Below, piece after piece: positions 24,301-36,921 of a stretch of 64,000 nucleotides of DNA. The notes beneath the pieces are model-generated. The model worked only from the letters and a program-made list of their open reading frames with translations, was not told the origin of the DNA and did not search any database. The number at the start of each line of letters is the position of its first letter. The stretch's first letter is position 1. The translations under genes were made by a program, and so were the position numbers. The stretch is from Podarcis pityusensis (taxonomy: Eukaryota): assembly GCA_964106645.2 (NCBI GenBank), contig OZ067043.1; one strand, written 5' to 3'.

Positions 24301-27300
24301 GACCAAGATTAGCCTGTGGGCCAGCAGTTTAATAGGAATTAATAGGATTTCTGTAATGCACAGTACCTAGTTTGGCAACATATCAGGGTTTATTGTGTGA
24401 ACTTTTCCTCCTCCATCAGAGCTCAGAAAAGGGGAAAAGCCTAACACATAGCTACCAACAGAGATGAGACTGTGTATGTGCTACTTTAGGATTAGGGCAG
24501 ACTGCTGTACTCCAAGTCCAGCTAAATAGGGAGCTTCAGGCAGCTTTTATGCTGACAAAATGTGACTGCTTTGCCTAAACCACAGCTCTGTTGCGATAGG
24601 AAGAACAACCACCAAAGTATACTTTGCTTCCATCCAAAACTAACCTGGCACCACTGACCCTACTCTGATGCCACACAGGAACCCACAACAATCACATTGC
24701 CATCATCTGCACCGCTGATTTACACATCAGCATGCAATAGATTTGTGACAACATCCTTAGCTTGGAATCCATCAATGCACAGCCTAAAAGCTGAGTGGAA
24801 GTGAATCAGAGAAGTCTTCCTAGTAGCTAGCACTCCATTTCTAACCAGGGTGACAGTGAACGGGCAGGTCACATTATCTCCCCACCTCCCAAAACACACA
24901 GTTATTTGCTAACCATCACAAGGGCTATTCCATAAGCAGAGCAAGGCCAAGGGGAACAGACTGGGCTATGGAAAACAATGACAGTGTGGGAGGAAACATG
25001 AGAAAACACAGAGAAGAAACAAGAGAGCTGTAATTTAAAGAGGGAAGGGAGAGCCAGAGGGACAGAGAAATGCACACAGACGTAAGAGAAGGCAGAAAAA
25101 CCGTTCAAGAAATGCAGAGCGATCTGTGGCATTTTTAGTTTATTTCATAGACATCTGGAAAGGAAAATGCTACAGCTGGAGCAAAATGTAATAGATAAAC
25201 ACCCTCTCCATTGTTTAAGAACTGGGCAGCAGGCGATTTTTCCCCACAGAAGTGATAGTTTGGGAGTGAGAGATTGTGACAAATGTGTGTTTTTCTCCTG
25301 GGAGATGAATAGAGGGTGCCTATGCAGTAGGCAGAAATGTTTCAGCCTTGTTAGTTTATTGGGAGGCAGAAGTTTTTACACCCAAGTTTACACCAGAATA
25401 AAAGGGAATTTCACTGTGGAAAGATTTGGACCATCTTTTTCCTGGGGACCTTGGCATGCCTGCAGTGAGGCAAAAATACAGCAAGGCCTTAGTTCTGGGC
25501 TTCTTGCCAACCAAGAGGCAAACCAGCCCCAAGAGAAGCCAGCCATGTTGCTAACCAAGTTACAGTCCAGAGTCAACTGGCTGGCTGACTATAACAGACC
25601 AAAGTTTCCTCAACCCTATTAAGACAACTGGATTCTGCTACTCTATTACTAAGGTGTATGCTGTGTGCTTGTGGATCAGGTGTATTCCCAGGAATTTTTT
25701 CCCCAAAGGAATATCCTGAACCAGTTTCCTTCTGGGGTAACAAAATTGAAGCACTTCCAGAAGTGGAACCGTAGAGAATGGGTGGAGGGAGAAAAAGAAT
25801 TGCAAAAAGGACTGAGATCAGAGAACAAAAACTCAGCCAAAAAAAAAAAAAAGGTCTCCTATATACTAGTACTGTAACAATCTGCTGACACTGACTTGTA
25901 GACTCTATGCACTATGTCAGAACACTTGAAAGTAGTCAGCCTTAACACTGATTCCTCTCTCCTAAGAAAACCTGCCTTCAGAGACTATTTTGCAAATTAC
26001 AGACCATTGAGCAAAGCCAGACAAACATCTGTCTGGGATGCTGCAGGCAGTGGGTCTCTTGTTCCAGACTCAACTGAGTCTCTCCCAATTTTATGTTTAA
26101 TCTATGTGCAGAGCGGTGTGGATTCTGCACATGCAGAACTGAGTATCTCCAGAATCTCAAGCCTCATTATTTCAAAACAGGACATTTCTAGCCTTTATGG
26201 AGACAAAGGAAGGTTTGAAAAATGTGTCAGCAATGTCTGGATGGCAAGAGCTGTTCAACAGTGGAACAGACTACCTTGGAAGGTGGTAAAAGTTTTAAAA
26301 GAGAGGTTGGATGACCATCGGTCAGGGATTCCTGATGCAATGTGACTCCTACACTGCAGGGGTCTGGAAGAGATGACTAGAACTGGACTTCAGGGGGGCA
26401 GGAGGTAGATTGGTGCCTTGCCCATAACTAGCAAAAGTGGAACTCGCAAAACAACTAAATATATACACATTGCTTCATTTTCTTACTAAGTAAGAAGCCA
26501 CCCTATTCAGCTTTCATTGTCACAGAATCTCGGTTTGTTTTGTTTTTAGCAAAGGCAACATTGTCATGTCTATGGAGAACCAGGAACAGTCTGTTAGAGT
26601 GAATGCTTGGGATCACTCTTCCACATCCCAGTCTGAGAGACAGCAATATTGACCCAGATATTTGCTGCTTGGGGGTAAAGCAGAGTCCTAGGGAAGGAAC
26701 AGCAAGCAGAGAGGTCATATGGGTAGAAAAACAGAAGAGGAGGATCTGCACTTTGCTGCAGAGAAATCCAATTCATCTAAAGGGAGAGAACAGCGAGTAT
26801 GAACAAGTGTGGAGGGGTATGGTACTGGTTTTCAGGTGGATCCATGCAACCAGTAGCCAGGGGAGAACATGACCCAGACTTGCCTTTGCTGACTATCTCG
26901 GGGCTGCCACGACTTCTTCCTTTCTTCATATCCATTTCAATTTCTCCTGTCACATACAGATTACGAACCTGGAAGCAGGTGCACCATTATTTATATCCTA
27001 TCACTGACCACAGCTTGTATCCAGAACAAGACCCAGCTAATTCCCCCAGGTCTGCAGCTGCCCAAACGCTTCCTGTGTGGCCCTTAGTGTCCCAGCTTGG
27101 AAAACACACCACACCCCATTACTCAGCAAAGAACAGCCTTCAGTGCCAGAACAGCACAAAAGGACGTCTTGCAAGGGAGTCTCTTCTCCAAGCCCTATTG
27201 CGGCAAATGCCAGCGTTCTTATACATTTCTGTTACTTTCGGAACATGGCTCAGGGACGTGGCATGGTGCCAGTGTTTAAAAGCTGCAAAGAAGAGTGCAT

Positions 27301-30300
27301 GAGGCAAAGAGAATCATCAGAAAACTGACAAGGAAAAGGAGGAGATATTGTGTTCTTCACCACCACCCTATATGTATAGTGATACCTGAGAGGCCTTGAT
27401 GGCTTGGAGGTTGATGTTTGGGTACCGCGTGGTAGGATCAATGCTGTACTGACTGATGTTCTTGTTGGTGTTGTCAGGTGAGGTCTGCGACAGCTGCTGA
27501 TATATGCTCTCCCTGCATGGAGATTAAGCAGGAATGTCCCCCTCTTAGTCCCTCAGCACCAAGATACATTGTGTACATGGCACTCACAGCATTCAGGAGC
27601 CTTCAGGCAAAAGAGGAAGATCGACATGCTCTCACCCTTCTCATCTTCACAGCAGTCCCTCCTCACCCCTTGCCTGGGTCTGTGGCATGAGCAGCATCAA
27701 CAAGTTCTCCTGCGTTCTCAGGTTCCCACTACATCAGACAGTTACACCCATTCCTGTTCCCCATTCCATGCTCCAGGTCAGTTACTCATAGCCCTGCAGT
27801 CTCCTAGATGATGCTGGGAACTTCCTGAGGTTGGGCAGCAGAACAGAAAGGGGCTCCACCAGCTCACTCACTTGCCTGTGTGAAGTTCCTGGTGTCTTAT
27901 GGCTACCAGGCTAGTGCTTAAAAGACTGAACAAGAGAGCATGAAGCAGAAGACAAGACTGTCTATGTATGGTTCAGTGGGAGAAAACTGCCCAAGACTCT
28001 GAAGCACTACTTCTAGACAAAATAGGCAGTCCTGGCTCACTGTATCAATATCTCTCCTCCCTACATTGAACGCATAACCTGGAACATCTATAGACCTCAA
28101 GATACCACCACCATCGCCAGTCACCCCACCATCACTGTGGGCAGAGAATGCCCCTTCTCAGAGTGCTCACCTCTCAGCCAGCACATCCAAAGGGGGCATC
28201 CCCGAGGCCCATCTTTTCACCATCCAGGCAGCATCGAAAGCTGCCAGGAACCCTCTGCCCACACCAGTGCCCAAAGGCCAGAATGGCTGGGAAACAAAAA
28301 GAGAGAGAAAGAACAAAGAGATGTTTTGGGGTCTCTTAGCAAAATGAGTCAATGAGATATAGCAGACGTTGGCCAACAGCTCAGCTGCATCAAAAACGCA
28401 GCAGGAAATTGGGATTCCAGAGTGATTCTGGCAGTCATGGTTAATTCACAGCAGCCCCTCTGTGTGCTGCATGTTGTTTTGGCAAACGTTTGCATTAAAT
28501 GGGGGCCCACTCCCCACTCACACCAAGTGTCAGCTGGCTAGCTCTGTTTTGCCAGATAAAGGGGGCTTCATAGTGAAGTGAATTAGTGCAAAGGATAAAG
28601 TGCTAGATCAGAGACAGCAGGTTTCCCAGATGTTGGACCAGCCCTCCAAGCTAGACGAACAGAAGGGCAGGGTTATTTAAAAAATAAAAACAAACAAACA
28701 AAAAACCCAATGCATATGGTCCCCAGCCAAAGGTTAGCCTCAGGCCTCACAAAATCCAGGAGCAGATTTGCCTTCAAGCCCAGATAGTCAAGTAACATGG
28801 CTCCCTGCTAAGTCCAGGTGAAAGACAGTCTGTCTGAGAAACATGCAGATTTAAAACAAGATAGCAGGTTGCTTAACTCCCATCCTTTAAAGAACATTTC
28901 AGCTTTCAACACATTTTCTGCAACGGTTCCCATCACAACGCATGGAAGAGGAAAGTGTTTTTTTTCTAATCAGTACAGCATTATTTACTGTAATGCAAGT
29001 TTATAAACACTCATAGAAATCAATGGGAATGAAAGCTTAGCCAGTGTCAGAAAAATCCCAAAGTAAAGCTCCCATGTAACGCAGTTACAACAAACTTCAC
29101 GCAAATTGTTTAAACCTACATTTCCCAACTGACAGCAATTTTTTAAGATGAGGAAGCTTTTAACGAAAACCCTCTCCAGTTCTGAACCAGAAATAATAAT
29201 AAAAAAAACAGCATGAGGCAAAGGACCCCCGGACGGTTAAGTCCAGTCAAAGGCAACTATGAGGTTGCAGTGCTCATTTTGCTTTCAGAGCAAGGGAGTC
29301 GGCGTTTGTCCACAGACAGCTTTCTGGCTCATGTGGCCGGCATCACTAAACCGCTTCTGGCGCAACGGAACACCATGACAGAAACCAGAGTGCACGGAAA
29401 TGCCGTTTACCTTCCCGCTGCAGTGGTACCTATTTATCTACTTTCACTCGTGTGCTTTTGAATTGCTAGGTTGGCAGGAGCTGGGACAGAGCAACGGGAG
29501 CTCACCCCATCGCACGGATTCAAACAGCCAACCTTCAGATCAGCAAGCCCAAGAGGCTCAGTGGTTTAGACCACAGCACCACCTGCTCCCCACTGAACCA
29601 GTACAATTTCAAGGCAGTGTGTCATGTGATTTTTCTGAACACGTAGGTCAGTTCATATGGACAGATAAGTGAATGAGAACTGCAATCAAGGATGGTTGAG
29701 ATGCACCACACCACACCCACTCTCCCACTGTGAAAAGGACTCTGTCCATATGCTTGTTGTGGTCTCATTATGGGGACACTTACTTCCACCAGGCAGTCCC
29801 CCACCAATCCAATGAGCAGCTTGGTGCCGTTACAGTCTCGCACCAGAGCTGCGTTGTCTGAGCGGCTCATGCAGGTGAAGTCGAACATGTCAACATCTGG
29901 GTGGCTGCGGTGGTTCAGTGCAAACTGCAAATCAGGCAGCTGGTAATTGGTGGAGAAGTTGGCAGCTTCCTTGGCGTAAGCAAGAAGAGCTTCTTGGTTC
30001 ACATTCTCTGGAGACAGCAGGCTCTCTATGTCTGACTTGTCCTAGAAATGAATGGAGACCAAGATATCTTCCATAGCAATAGTAAAAAAATCTTATTGGA
30101 ATGTTGCAGAGTTCAAGATTATGGGTGTGTCAATCAGCTCTCGGCCTGGCAGGATCTTTCACCTCCAAAGCATGTAAATTCAAAAGATGGTTTGGGGTCG
30201 CCATCCCCTCCCACATGGTACTTGCAGGAGCTTCAGTCTCTATACGTACATTTAAGATAACTCCTTTTTTCAGCAGGCTCTGCTTCTTGGCTGTCATGAC

Positions 30301-30762
30301 GAAGTAATGAGTGTCGTCTTTATAGTAGACAATGTTTTCCAAGTCAATGCCTATAATTGTTCAAACACAAGCAGAAGGTTAAAGGCTGGGGGCTGTTTTC
30401 AGCCTAGCACTATGCAAAGCTTCCATCAGTGCAAGGACTTTTGCTTGGGCAAAGGAATGTTCTTCTGCCCTCTTCTCCCCCTGTGCCCCTAAATCTGTTC
30501 CAGGGGTTCCCCCAACATTCTGGTGTAGATTTGGGGGAACACAGGACACACACAGCAGGAAGAAGAGGAGGGAATTTCCATTGCCTTCTGCTGATGTAAC
30601 ATGGTACTTTGTACTACCAGATTTTTAGAAGACATCTGAAGGAAGCCCTGTTTAGGGAAGCTTTTAATGTTTAATAGGTTATTGTATTTTAATGTTCCGT
30701 TGGAAGCTGCCCAGAGTGGCTGGGGAAACCCAGCCAGATGGGCAGGGTATAAATAAAGTATC

Positions 30763-30802
<40 letters not shown>

Positions 30803-33800
30803 ATGTAAGATGGCTTACATGGATTTAAATTCATGGAAGGCTATCAATAGCTACTAGTCATGATAGCTGCATGTTGCTTTCAAGACCAGAGGCAGCGTGT
30901 TTCTGAATACTAATTGCTGGGGAACCACAGTCGGGGAGGCTGGCCCTTGCCCTGATGATTGGTTTGCAGACTTCCCAAAGGCATCTGGTTGGCCACTGTA
31001 AGAAAGCAGGATTTTTGACAAAGCAGGTCTTTGGTTTGATCCAACAGAACTCTTCCTTTGTCCTTACAGAGCTTTATATAGTTGGCACTTGAGGAAACAA
31101 ATATCCTATCTGCCAAAAATCCCATGCCAAGAAAGCCTGATTTGCTAAACTACCCAAACAAGCAGATTTACATAATTTATTCAGCTTCTATTGAAATGTA
31201 TCCAAAATGGCAAGGATCCAGGACTGGTCAAAAAGGTATTTGAGACAGGTTGACCCTTTTCCATTTGCTATGTGGGCTTCCCCATTTTCTCTCACTGCAA
31301 ACTACGGAATGACAAAGATTTTATTGAAGGCACAAGGGGAAAGTGTCATTAACTGTAGGTAAGAAGCATCTGGCCCAGACCTGTTTTGTTGTAGAGATTT
31401 TGGAAGAATTTCTGGTTGTAGATGCGAGCCACTCCGCTGATCTCGGCCACCTCCACCTCAGCCCTGCTGTGGTGATTAACGAAGTTGGTGGTGATGCCAA
31501 TGGCCAATTTCCCACGGGTCTCCTTCCGCTTAAAGCCTGGAGATAAACACACAAACAGCGCTAGTCCTGAAGGAAAGGGAAGGGTTGGCAGTTTGTGAAA
31601 GAACTAGGGAAAGGATAGAAGAACAGAACATGGGGCCTGTTCCCTCATCTGAAATATGGTAACACCCCAAAAGTGTCCAGACTAGCCACTCTATTTCTAG
31701 TAGCGGAGTAGCAAATGCCAAGCCCCAGCTCCATTGAATATCAAGATCTCTGAAGAGTTGCATGGTATTTACCAGCTCTCAAGGTGACACCATGAGGAAT
31801 TCTGATTGAACGTTGAGAGAAAGCTCAGCACCATGGCAGGACGGCAATTGTACTCATCTATTACGATCTGAAATGCTGGGAGCATTTCACAAAAGCCGAA
31901 TTGGGTCTCTCTGTTTGGGGAATTGTTGGTAGGGCTTGAAAAATACTGCAGCACTCCTATAAAGGTGTGGGAAATGAAAGGAGAGGGGCAAGGAAATGCT
32001 GGAGTGGAGTGGCAGGTCAGCTCTGAAAATGGTCTGGGCAAGCCCCAGTAAAAGCTGCCACCAGAGCAAGCTTCCTGGTGCCAAAGCGTCTACAGAGATT
32101 GTTCCCTCTCCCTTTGCTTTTCATCTCCTCTCCTGCCCCAAGGCAAGATGCCTTTCAGATTTTTTTATGACCCAAGCTATTATCAATGGTTGGCGTTGTG
32201 GTAGGCTGGGCAGCTGCTCTTGCCGATGCACCTAAAGCCCTCCTGAGGAGCCCTTGATTTGGTATTGGGGGAGATCAGGAGAAGCAGAGCAGATGAAAGC
32301 AAAACTTTAAGTCGGGGGAAAAAATGTCCAGTAGCACCTTAGAGACCAACTAAGTTGGTTCTGGGTAAAAGCTTTCATGTGCATGCACATGAAAGCTTAT
32401 ACCCAGAACCAACTTAGTTGGTCTCTAAGGTGCTACTGGACATTTTTTATTTATTTATTTCGACTACGTCAGACCAACACAGCTACCTACCTGAATCCAA
32501 AACCTTAAGTGTCAAACATATGGTCTCTAGGCCAACTCCCCAAGTGACAAAATGAAAAACAGTATATCAATTTAAACACACACAAAAAGAGGCAATTTCA
32601 GTTAACTCTACTTCACTCAACTTGCAGATTCCAGGGCAAATATTAATACTGTACAAACATTTCCCCAAACAACCAAAAATATAGGAAGCAGGGCTCCCCT
32701 GAATTCTGAGCGTCATAAAAGCTGAGGTTTGGGGAAGTGTCTACCATCCCCAAAATCTGCAATAATGCTTTGGCCTTTCACTTGGCTAGGCACCATATCT
32801 ACAAACTGGACTGCATCTGCATTGAGTTGCCCTGTTTGTTCCTAGAAAACTTGTAGCTTTGCCCTTTATTCTATCTGCTGGAGGTGCTCAGTACACAGGA
32901 AGGGGGGAACCTGCTCATCACAAGGCCAGAGGCACAAGTTTCCTCCAGTGTTGAGGAGAGATGCTATTAGAGGCCTAAGGAGCTGTTGATAAGACACCTG
33001 GAGCATCAAAAAAAATCCGAAGTGAAATTCTCCCACAACCATAACGAGAGGTCTTAAAGGGCTGCTTACCTTCTGGCACAAACCTGCCACCACCAGCAGA
33101 GATGAGGACGTCAAATTCACACTGGTTCAGAAGACACGAAGGAGGATTTAGGATGGCTCTCCAGCCACTGACTGTAATAACAGAGGATGGAATCATCAGG
33201 ATCCCTGCTGCAAAGACTGTCAAATTCACCAGACCCTTCCCCAGACTTGCATGTTTATAAAGAAAGCAGGAACAAAGCAGGAGAAACTGCAGGTCTCTGT
33301 CTCAAAAGCAACCCAATCCTGTCTTGGAATGTGTTAAGGGCACCATAATGTCTTGGTCTGAAACTCCAGAACTGCATTTGTTCACAATTTTGGAGATGGG
33401 ATGGGATTGCCTTTGTGGAGGGACCCGTAGCCAACAGGACACCCATGAAAATGTAACAGCTTGACCAAGATGTGCCTCAGAGCCATGCGTTGTGAGTGAT
33501 GTGAGAGACCATGAGCATTTTTTGGCAGGGTGTGTCTGATGGCTTGGTTTCTTTCTGGTTTTGCTTCTATGGCAAAGTAAGGGGGAAATGAACATTTGAA
33601 AGTGGAGGCAGAACAGAAAAGAAACTCATCCATGAAACAGTTTTTCACTGTGACGTCCTGAGCTACCTTCTCACCTGCAGAAACAAGGGGTGTGGATTGG
33701 TGCATTGCCCTTAAGGACTCCAAAGGCTTAGGATTTTTGTCGTTCTTACCTTGTCCATCTGAATTTGCTGCAGGTGGGACGAGCCCCTTAAACTGCACAT

Positions 33801-36800
33801 TGATGTGAACCTGAACCCCCAAGAGTAAGGCAACTTTCAGCAGGATCAGCTGAAGCTGGCGGATGCCTGCAAGACAGAGAAGGAGAGGATTAGCAGAGCA
33901 GGCCTAATTAAACAAACAAGCCAGCCCATCTGTGCCCATTTCAAAGTTGCTCTCAGGCAAGCACTGCCTTAAACCCCAGCTCCACCTTCCAGCCACCTCT
34001 TCTTCCAATTTCAGAAAGAAGCCTGTTCCATGATTTCCCTGTCATGGGGTTGGAAAATCATGGCCTTCCCCAGCTTCAACAAGAGGGATACTGAGTCCTA
34101 AAGAGCTATTGAATACGGCACCATGGAGGGTTTTCTAGATGCAGGCTGGGAGGAAGAGTGTGCAACAAGCTAAACTCCAATAAGCCAATAGTGTTAAAAT
34201 GAAAGCAAAGCCCAAAAGACAGGAATGATGGTTAAAGTCAGCTAATTCCTCTGCCACACTGGCAATTTGACCGATTTATTTACTTACACAATTTATTGAT
34301 TTATTTGAAACACTGATCCAATGTTGTTCTTTCTGAATTTGTACCACCTTGATGTACAGTTACTTTCTTGTTGTACAGTTTAATTTGGGTACCCATTGCA
34401 GTTCCCTCAGTGAAACACAACCCTCCTTAGGAGACACACCGTAGAATCGTAGAGCTGCAAGAGACCATGGGGGTCATCTAGTCCAACCCCCTGCAATGCA
34501 GGAATGTTTTTGCTCCATGTGGGGCTCGAACTCACAACCCTGAGATTAAAGCCTCATGTTCCATCAACTGAGCTATCTAGTAAGAACCAATTCCTGAGAA
34601 CGCCCTTTCGAAAGCAGAAATGCTACATTTTGCAGTAAATGTTCAGTTTACATAAGGATGCTGGACCTTTAAACGCACTTTTAAATTACTTTTTCAGTAA
34701 ATGCTTTCTAGACCAAGCCATTAATTAATTAATTAATATTCCATCCTACCCGCTCCCACCACTACTAGCTCCCATTAGCTGGTAATGCTGGTTTCTCGCC
34801 ACTATTCCATAATGTTGGAGATACTTTCCCTGCCCTGGTCCGTTCTGCATTACTTACTGATGTGATCCAAGGATCCTGTGCAGAAGTGGCCATAGAATTT
34901 CTTAGCTCCCAGAGCCCGCAGGTCTTGGATGCTGAAAGGCCAAAGGTGCAGCACATTGTTCCGGGAAAAGGAGTCTCTCTTCTCCACCACCACCACATGG
35001 GCTCCAAGGAAGGCCAGTTCAATCGCCGAGCGGAGGCCGCAAGGGCCTGCCCCAATAATCAGGCACTGGAAAAAGAATTATCACCGGGTGGTAAGTTTAT
35101 AAAATGGTGCCATAAAGGAGACAGTGCTTATACTTGGAAGCTGCTGTGGCCGCAGCCTCTGGAGCAGGCAGGTAACATACAATCCATAAGAGTGACTGTG
35201 AGCTTGGCATTATGTCAAAAGAGCAGGCGGGCACAATGCTCCTTTTCAGAGGCAAAGGAAGACCCAGCAGCCTCTGCAGCAGGCATGTCCAAAGTCCGAT
35301 TCAGGGGCCTAATTCGGCCTGCCGGTCGGTTTAATCTGGCCCCTGTAGCAGCTTACTTCCTGAGTGACCTAAAAAAAGGTTAACAACTTTGGTTGGCCCT
35401 TTGGTCGACCCTCACGGCCCTTCACTTCATCAAATCTGGCCCTCTTTGAAAACAGTTTGGACACCACTGCTCTGCAGTTAACTGTTTTTTGCCATTACCG
35501 TGGTCTTGTCCTCTCACCACTATAAACACCTTCTTCAGGGATTTTTTTTTTTAAAAAAAACCTGTTTTAGCACGGAACTTAAGTATGGCGAACCCACACA
35601 GAGTGACTTGTCTCAGTCTCCTTCAGCAAAGCAGCCGTTCAATCACATGAGTGGACAGTCAGAATTTGAATCATGCTTTGTTGCAACAGATCCAGCCATA
35701 CAGGAAGTTCTTAAACATCCACCAAGATTTTTGCAACAGATGTTTACACTCCAAACCACCTAAGGCCCGATGTTGTCCATCTTGCCTGTACACCCCAACA
35801 AGTCACTGCAGATCCAAACATTATTTTTGCAGGGCATTCCGAGATCTGCTACATACTTCTGAGCCCTACTCTCAGAGCATACGTTTAAGGTTTATCTTGG
35901 CAGTCACCTCAAGCTGAACTGCTTAGCCTCCGTTCAAAGGCAGTTTGAATCCGTATATGGGGTTGGAAGGAAGGCAGCCCTTGCTCCATAGAGCAGAAAC
36001 TCACAGACCAGCACCAAGCATCCTTGGGCAGCTGCCAAAGATCAACCCCATTCCTGCCAGTGGTTCTCCCCCCCCCCCCCCCGCTTAAAAAGAAATTCAG
36101 CCTGATGCTCCTAGCCGAGACTAGCCACAAAATGGCAATCTCCCACAAGATGGCATAGCTTTGTTCCAGGACAGGGCATTGTGGGAAATTCAACCAACCA
36201 TCCCTAGCTGCCTGGCAAAGGTTCAGAGAGATTTTCAGGACACCTTCCTTGCCATCCAGTGCTTTGTGCTGCCACTAAGTAAGCCCAGTAAGGCCCTCCA
36301 GAGTTCCCTTTGTCTCCATCACTCTCAAACCTGGAGCCATCCCTGGACACAGTACAGAGTCACAAAGTGACATGGAGCCAAGAGTCACTCATCATGAGTG
36401 GTGATGTTCACACAACCACAGTCCAGACTGTTCAGCACTTCACATTCCCAAAGCTCCACAAGCTCAGCAAAGAGTCACATTTTCCCAGCAACAACCTGTT
36501 GCTGCTTAAGTGCTAGGAAGAAGTTAAGTGTTTCTGAAACAGAAGCTCGCTCCCAAGGGAAGACAACTAGGAAACAATACAAAGTACCAATTTACCATCC
36601 TGTAGGCTTTTCTGTCCCGTGGTTACTTGGCCATACGATTTAGCACAAAAGTAGGGCATTTAATCCTCCTGCAACACAATCTTCTGTGCGGTAACAGTTG
36701 GAGTCTCGACCGCAAGGGCTTCCTGCATTTCTCACATGGCTGGATTGTCAATTATATTAGGCATCCCTGGGTGTGATGTTAAGCAGGGAAGGTGGTTCTC

Positions 36801-36884
36801 CTGAGCTACAGGGTTTCATGGACAGAATCTTTTAACAGCCACTCAGAGCTTCTTTGGGAGGAAGGGTGGGAGAGAAACTTAATA

Positions 36885-36921
<37 letters not shown>

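Noticed and set aside
32319-32448. Pre-miRNA gene or DNA-transposon MITE
   Set aside because: Arms are homologous to the Penelope pLTR and lack TA or 8-bp TSD/TIR signatures; no small-RNA evidence is available here
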